Source: Nitrosopumilus sp. (GTDB lineage: Archaea > Thermoproteota > Nitrososphaeria > Nitrososphaerales > Nitrosopumilaceae). Taken from it: a stretch of 64,000 nucleotides of DNA. A program made the position numbers and the translations under genes. Shown in pieces: positions 60,081-64,000 of the stretch. The notes under the pieces were generated by a model that saw only the letters and a program-made list of their open reading frames with translations, did no database searches and was not told the origin of the DNA. Numbering within the stretch: position 1 is the first letter of the stretch; the number at the start of each line of letters is the position of its first letter. Location of the stretch: NCBI GenBank assembly GCA_963667665.2, contig OY763927.2, positions 32,001 to 96,000 of the forward strand. The letters run 5' to 3'.

Positions 60081-60694
60081 ATTCCGTGAATGTCTTCTCC
60101 ATACTCTTTTTGAATTTTAGAGCTAGAGCTTTCAGGGATTGGTGATTGCAATCTTGCAACTTTTGCATCAAGATTGATTCTCTTACATCCATCTGTAATG
60201 AATTTCTCTTGATGAACTTGATCATAACCTAATGCAATAATTTGTGGCTTTACAAGATTAACTGTCTTGAAAATATCATTTTCTTGTCCTATGAGACAAA
60301 GGTTTACCATAGAAAGTGAATTTACTAATTCTTGTCTTTGTTTTTGAGTATGTAGTGGTTTTCTTTTCTTCATCTTTTGAGATGTGGCATCTGTTGCTAC
60401 AACTACTACTAGAACATCCCCTAATGCTTTTGCCGCATTAAGTGTGGAAATATGACCTGGATGAATGATATCAAAAACCCCTCCAGATAATACCACGTGT
60501 AATGAATCTCGCCCAATTTCTGTAAGCGTGGTTCTGTCTTCGTTTACAAGTTGGTTTTTTATTAATTCATCAATCTTTGAGTTAATTGCGTCTAGTGACA
60601 GTAAACTTTGTTTCTTAATTTTTTCTAATACTGATTTTCCGTCAATTTGACAAACATACATGGCAGAAAGAATTGCTTTTTCATTTATTTCCAA
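60077..60694 (-). CDS. ribL: FAD synthase (cytidylyltransferase family)
   Basis: GGVFDIIHPGH, VVVATD, LGYDQ, SSS. Confidence 0.85.
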   Translation of the reverse strand: MEINEKAILSAMYVCQIDGKSVLEKIKKQSLLSLDAINSKIDELIKNQLVNEDRTTLTEIGRDSLHVVLSGGVFDIIHPGHISTLNAAKALGDVLVVVVATDATSQKMKKRKPLHTQKQRQELVNSLSMVNLCLIGQENDIFKTVNLVKPQIIALGYDQVHQEKFITDGCKRINLDAKVARLQSPIPESSSSKIQKEYGEDIHGI

Positions 60695-60739
60695 TATTTT
60701 TCTTATTTTCAGACCCTTTCTTTAATTCATCTATATTGA

Positions 60740-61777
60740 TCACATTTTTGGATCAAGGCCTTTTGCCAATCTTAATGCATCTACAAGACCATCTGCATAC
60801 CCAATACTCAAAATTGCTACCTCATCTTGACCATCTACTAGGAATTTTTCTGCATCAAGTATGTACAATTCTGCATTTTCTAAAATTACTTGAAATTCTT
60901 TTTGATCTTTATAGAGTGGTTTAACTTCTTCAAGTGCCTCTCTGACCATTGGAACATATTTTTTCATCATTTGAACTGAAATCTTTTTTGTTTTTTCAGA
61001 ATTATCAAATGGCTCATCAATACATTCCCCTAATATCTTCAAGGCATCTGATTCAGTAAAGTGTAATCTACCAGGAATTATTACAGTATGTGGTGGCTTT
61101 CCAAAATCTCTTTTCTTCAGGCTAGATATTTTACCTGAAATAATTGTTTGATCCTTGAATCCTATTCTTGATGCAACTATTACATATGTAGATAAGCTAA
61201 TGACATTTCTTCTCTGCCCTGCCTCTGTTTCTAGTAATCCGCTTAATGCATCTTTAGGATCCAAGAAAAAATCCTTGTCTTGATTGTATTCTAAAAGAAG
61301 TACAGTGTGATTTCCTTCAATGATATTTTTGTAAATTAGATAGTACGGTGTTGTAAGTGATTTCATTTCACTCATTATTGTTGCAATTCTTCCAACTTTG
61401 TAAAAATGTAAACCACATTCTCCTATCATAGAAGTAAGTGATGATGAAGCATGAATGGAAAATGTCTTTATTTTTTCTTCAATTGCTCTTGTTCTTAATT
61501 CAATGTGAGTTGTTGCAATGTATGGATCTCCATATGATAGTAAAACTACTTTTTTCTTCTTTGCATTTTGTAAAATTTCATTTCCATCTTCTACTAGCCA
61601 TCTCTTTGCGGGTTTGAATTCACCTTTTGTTGCATTTTTGATTTTCACCAAATCTAATTTCCCAATTGGACTGGTAAACTGTTCAAGATAGACAATATCT
61701 GCTTTTGATAAAATATCTAGTGCTTCATTAGGAATTGATTTGAACCCAGAAATTCCTAAACCTACAAACCAAAGCAT
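60740..61777 (-). CDS. dph5: Diphthine synthase with C-terminal DUF357-like domain
   Basis: LWFVGLG, GDPYIATTH, FGKPPH; AELYILDAEKF...GYADGLVDA. Confidence 0.92.
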   Translation of the reverse strand: MLWFVGLGISGFKSIPNEALDILSKADIVYLEQFTSPIGKLDLVKIKNATKGEFKPAKRWLVEDGNEILQNAKKKKVVLLSYGDPYIATTHIELRTRAIEEKIKTFSIHASSSLTSMIGECGLHFYKVGRIATIMSEMKSLTTPYYLIYKNIIEGNHTVLLLEYNQDKDFFLDPKDALSGLLETEAGQRRNVISLSTYVIVASRIGFKDQTIISGKISSLKKRDFGKPPHTVIIPGRLHFTESDALKILGECIDEPFDNSEKTKKISVQMMKKYVPMVREALEEVKPLYKDQKEFQVILENAELYILDAEKFLVDGQDEVAILSIGYADGLVDALRLAKGLDPKM

Positions 61778-62904
61778 TACTGCATCTTTTTATCATGAAG
61801 TCTTTTTAAATGCTGAAGAGTTTTCTTGAGAATCTCTATTCCTCTTAGATACTCATCAATTGAGACCTTCTCATCAATTGTATGGGCTTCATGAGGATCT
61901 CCTGGACCATATGTTACAACTGGTATTTTCCACTGATTTCCAAGAACGTTCATGTCCCCTGTCCCTGTTTTTCTAATTAGAGTTGGTCTTGAATGTTCTA
62001 CATCAATAACTCCAAGAGTAAATGCTCGAACTAATGGTGAATTATGATCTGCTTCAAATGGTTCTGTTTCATCAAGAATTGAATAAAATGCCTCTACACC
62101 TCTTCTTTCTGCAATTTCTTTTACTAACGTTGCAATTTTTTGTTCAGTAGATTTACAGTTCATATCAACTGGAATTCTGATATCAAAAGTAGTTTCACAT
62201 TCTTTTGGAGTAACGTTGTGACTAATTCCTCCTGTAATTTCAGTTATAGTTGCAGTTAGTAACATACCTTTAGTTCTATCGTCTTGACCTGCTTCTAATC
62301 CTTCTTTGAGTTCTTTTACAAAAATCATTGATTCTTGAATTGCATTTTTTGAAAGCCATGGTGCACTTGCATGAGAACTATCCTCAACTGAAACTTTAAG
62401 ATTAATTGCTAATCTTCCTTTGTATGCAATTGTGACTTGTTTAACTCCACTTGGTTCTCCAAATATTGCATAATCAATACCCATATCTTTTTTTACAAGA
62501 TTTTTTATTCCTGTAGCACTACCTTCTTCATCTACAGCTGCTACAAAAATTATAGTTCCATTATTGTTTTGAATTGATGCTGCAGCAAATAACATTGCAA
62601 TTAATGGTGCTTTAGCATCTGATGCCCCACGTCCATAAAGCGAATCTCTTTCTTTTCTAACTTTGACTTTTCCTGGAACAACATCCATGTGTCCACATAA
62701 CATAATTTTTGGTGAACCTGTTCCCTTCTTTGCAATTAAATTCCCTACTTCATCAACTTTAATATCTTCAAATCCTAAATCATCACATTTATCAGCTAAA
62801 AAATCTGTCATTGGTTTTTCACTGAGAGATGGTGTGTACAATCTGAGTGCTTTTTCAAGTGTCTTTACTGCAAAACTTGGTGTTACTGTAAAATGAGAAT
62901 TCAA
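61777..62904 (-). CDS. lysK: [LysW]-lysine/ornithine hydrolase (M20 family)
   Basis: GHMDVVPG, GRGASDAK, DEE, GEPS, KTGTGDMN, YGPGD, AHT. Confidence 0.9.
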   Translation of the reverse strand: MNSHFTVTPSFAVKTLEKALRLYTPSLSEKPMTDFLADKCDDLGFEDIKVDEVGNLIAKKGTGSPKIMLCGHMDVVPGKVKVRKERDSLYGRGASDAKAPLIAMLFAAASIQNNNGTIIFVAAVDEEGSATGIKNLVKKDMGIDYAIFGEPSGVKQVTIAYKGRLAINLKVSVEDSSHASAPWLSKNAIQESMIFVKELKEGLEAGQDDRTKGMLLTATITEITGGISHNVTPKECETTFDIRIPVDMNCKSTEQKIATLVKEIAERRGVEAFYSILDETEPFEADHNSPLVRAFTLGVIDVEHSRPTLIRKTGTGDMNVLGNQWKIPVVTYGPGDPHEAHTIDEKVSIDEYLRGIEILKKTLQHLKRLHDKKMQ

Positions 62905-62907
62905 TTC

Positions 62908-63756
62908 TTACTTACCCATCTTTAATGCATACTCTAACATTTTAGTTGGAATATCCACTTCACAAACTCTAACTGTGTTTTTGTATTCTGTTGTATTGTT
63001 AACCTCATGAACTACTAGTCCTTTATCATCACTTTCCATCAAATCTACACCTACGATATCCCCCTGAACTGCATTTTTTGCCTTAATACACATTTCTTCC
63101 ATTTCTGGTGTAACCTTACATGGTTCTGCTACTCCTCCAAGTGCCATATTCGTTTTCCAATTTCCATTTTCAGAAGTTCTGTAAATTGCTGCAACTATTT
63201 TGTCTCCCACCATTATAGCTCTGATGTCTCTTGGTGGTCTTTTTACAAATTCTTCTAGATAATGGATTTGGTGAATTGGATACATGTTTTCTCTACTTTC
63301 AATAATTCCATCAGCTGATTCTTTGTCATTTAATTTTGAAATTAATCTACCCCAACTCCCAACTGTTGGTTTGATTACTCTAGGAAAACCTTGTGTTTCT
63401 AATGCTTGCAGAGCAGCTTCTTTTGAAAAAGCAACTGTTGCATCAGGCGTTGGCACTCCAAATTTCTTTAGTAACATATGTGTGAATAATTTATTTCCTG
63501 CAAAAATTCCTGTATTGAGACAGTTGATTACCTTTACTCCAAGTCCTTCCAAGGCTGCAGTTGAATGCAAGTTTCTATAGTAACTCACACATCTTTGGAT
63601 AACTATTCCATAATCTTCAGGATTTTTTTCTAAATTTAATGCTAAATTCTTACAATTAACCATCTGAACGTTGATGTTATTTTTTTTACCGGCTTCTAGT
63701 AGAGCTTTTTCTTCCCAACGGATGTTATCGTAAAGAATAGTAACGTCAGGACTCAC
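62908..63756 (-). CDS. lysX: LysW-amino acid ligase LysX/ArgX (ATP-grasp)
   Basis: IRWEEK, KPTVGSWGR, RDIR, WKTNMALG, HEVN; GTG start overlaps lysW stop. Confidence 0.93.
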   Translation of the reverse strand: MSPDVTILYDNIRWEEKALLEAGKKNNINVQMVNCKNLALNLEKNPEDYGIVIQRCVSYYRNLHSTAALEGLGVKVINCLNTGIFAGNKLFTHMLLKKFGVPTPDATVAFSKEAALQALETQGFPRVIKPTVGSWGRLISKLNDKESADGIIESRENMYPIHQIHYLEEFVKRPPRDIRAIMVGDKIVAAIYRTSENGNWKTNMALGGVAEPCKVTPEMEEMCIKAKNAVQGDIVGVDLMESDDKGLVVHEVNNTTEYKNTVRVCEVDIPTKMLEYALKMGK

Positions 63757-63920
63757 TGTCCCCAATCCTCGCCAACCGTTTGGGCAGGCTTTAGATCGAA
63801 ACCATCTGAACCTTTTGTTAATTCAAAACTTGCTCCGCATTCAGGACATGTTACAATCTCTCCTTCAAGTGCATCACTTGGTACAGAAATATTTGCATCA
63901 CATTCTTCACATTTTGACAT
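63753..63920 (-). CDS. lysW: Amino-group carrier protein LysW (not in ORF track)
   Basis: 55 aa MSKCEEC...GEIVTCPECG...VGEDWGQ, directly upstream of lysX. Confidence 0.93.
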   Translation of the reverse strand: MSKCEECDANISVPSDALEGEIVTCPECGASFELTKGSDGFDLKPAQTVGEDWGQ

Positions 63921-64000
63921 GTTTTCTCCTCACCTTCCCTCTCTATTTATCATTAATTATCTTTTTTTCAAGTCTGTCTTCAAGTGGAATCTCAATAAGA

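Overview
An AT-rich chromosomal window from an ammonia-oxidising archaeon, most likely Nitrosopumilaceae (Nitrososphaerota/Thaumarchaeota). The assignment rests on topoisomerase IB, topo VI, the 3HP/4HB-cycle synthetase-dehydratase pair and LysW-type biosynthesis genes. Most of the window is core housekeeping: translation, RNA modification, DNA metabolism and cofactor genes, plus tRNA-Ser(GCT) and an intron-containing tRNA-Met(CAT). The main accessory feature is a ~6.7 kb island (5608-12283) bounded by an 18-bp direct repeat in an intergenic, non-tRNA site. It carries a truncated and a full-length tyrosine recombinase, an HUH rolling-circle Rep, three nuclease-type genes and a cupredoxin. Two further direct-repeat pairs are nested inside it: a 28-bp pair encoding a signal-peptide start, and a 27/36-bp pair bracketing one HNH gene that is frameshifted in an A10 tract. 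Other oddities are a 16.8x lysine-rich repeat on a TFE-beta/Rpc34-like protein, an RG-rich Nop5 tail abutting fibrillarin, a bacterial-type rlmN, a decayed tRNA-end duplication around a surface-protein gene, and a LysW ending in EDWGQ. All calls come from reading motifs by eye; no searches were run.
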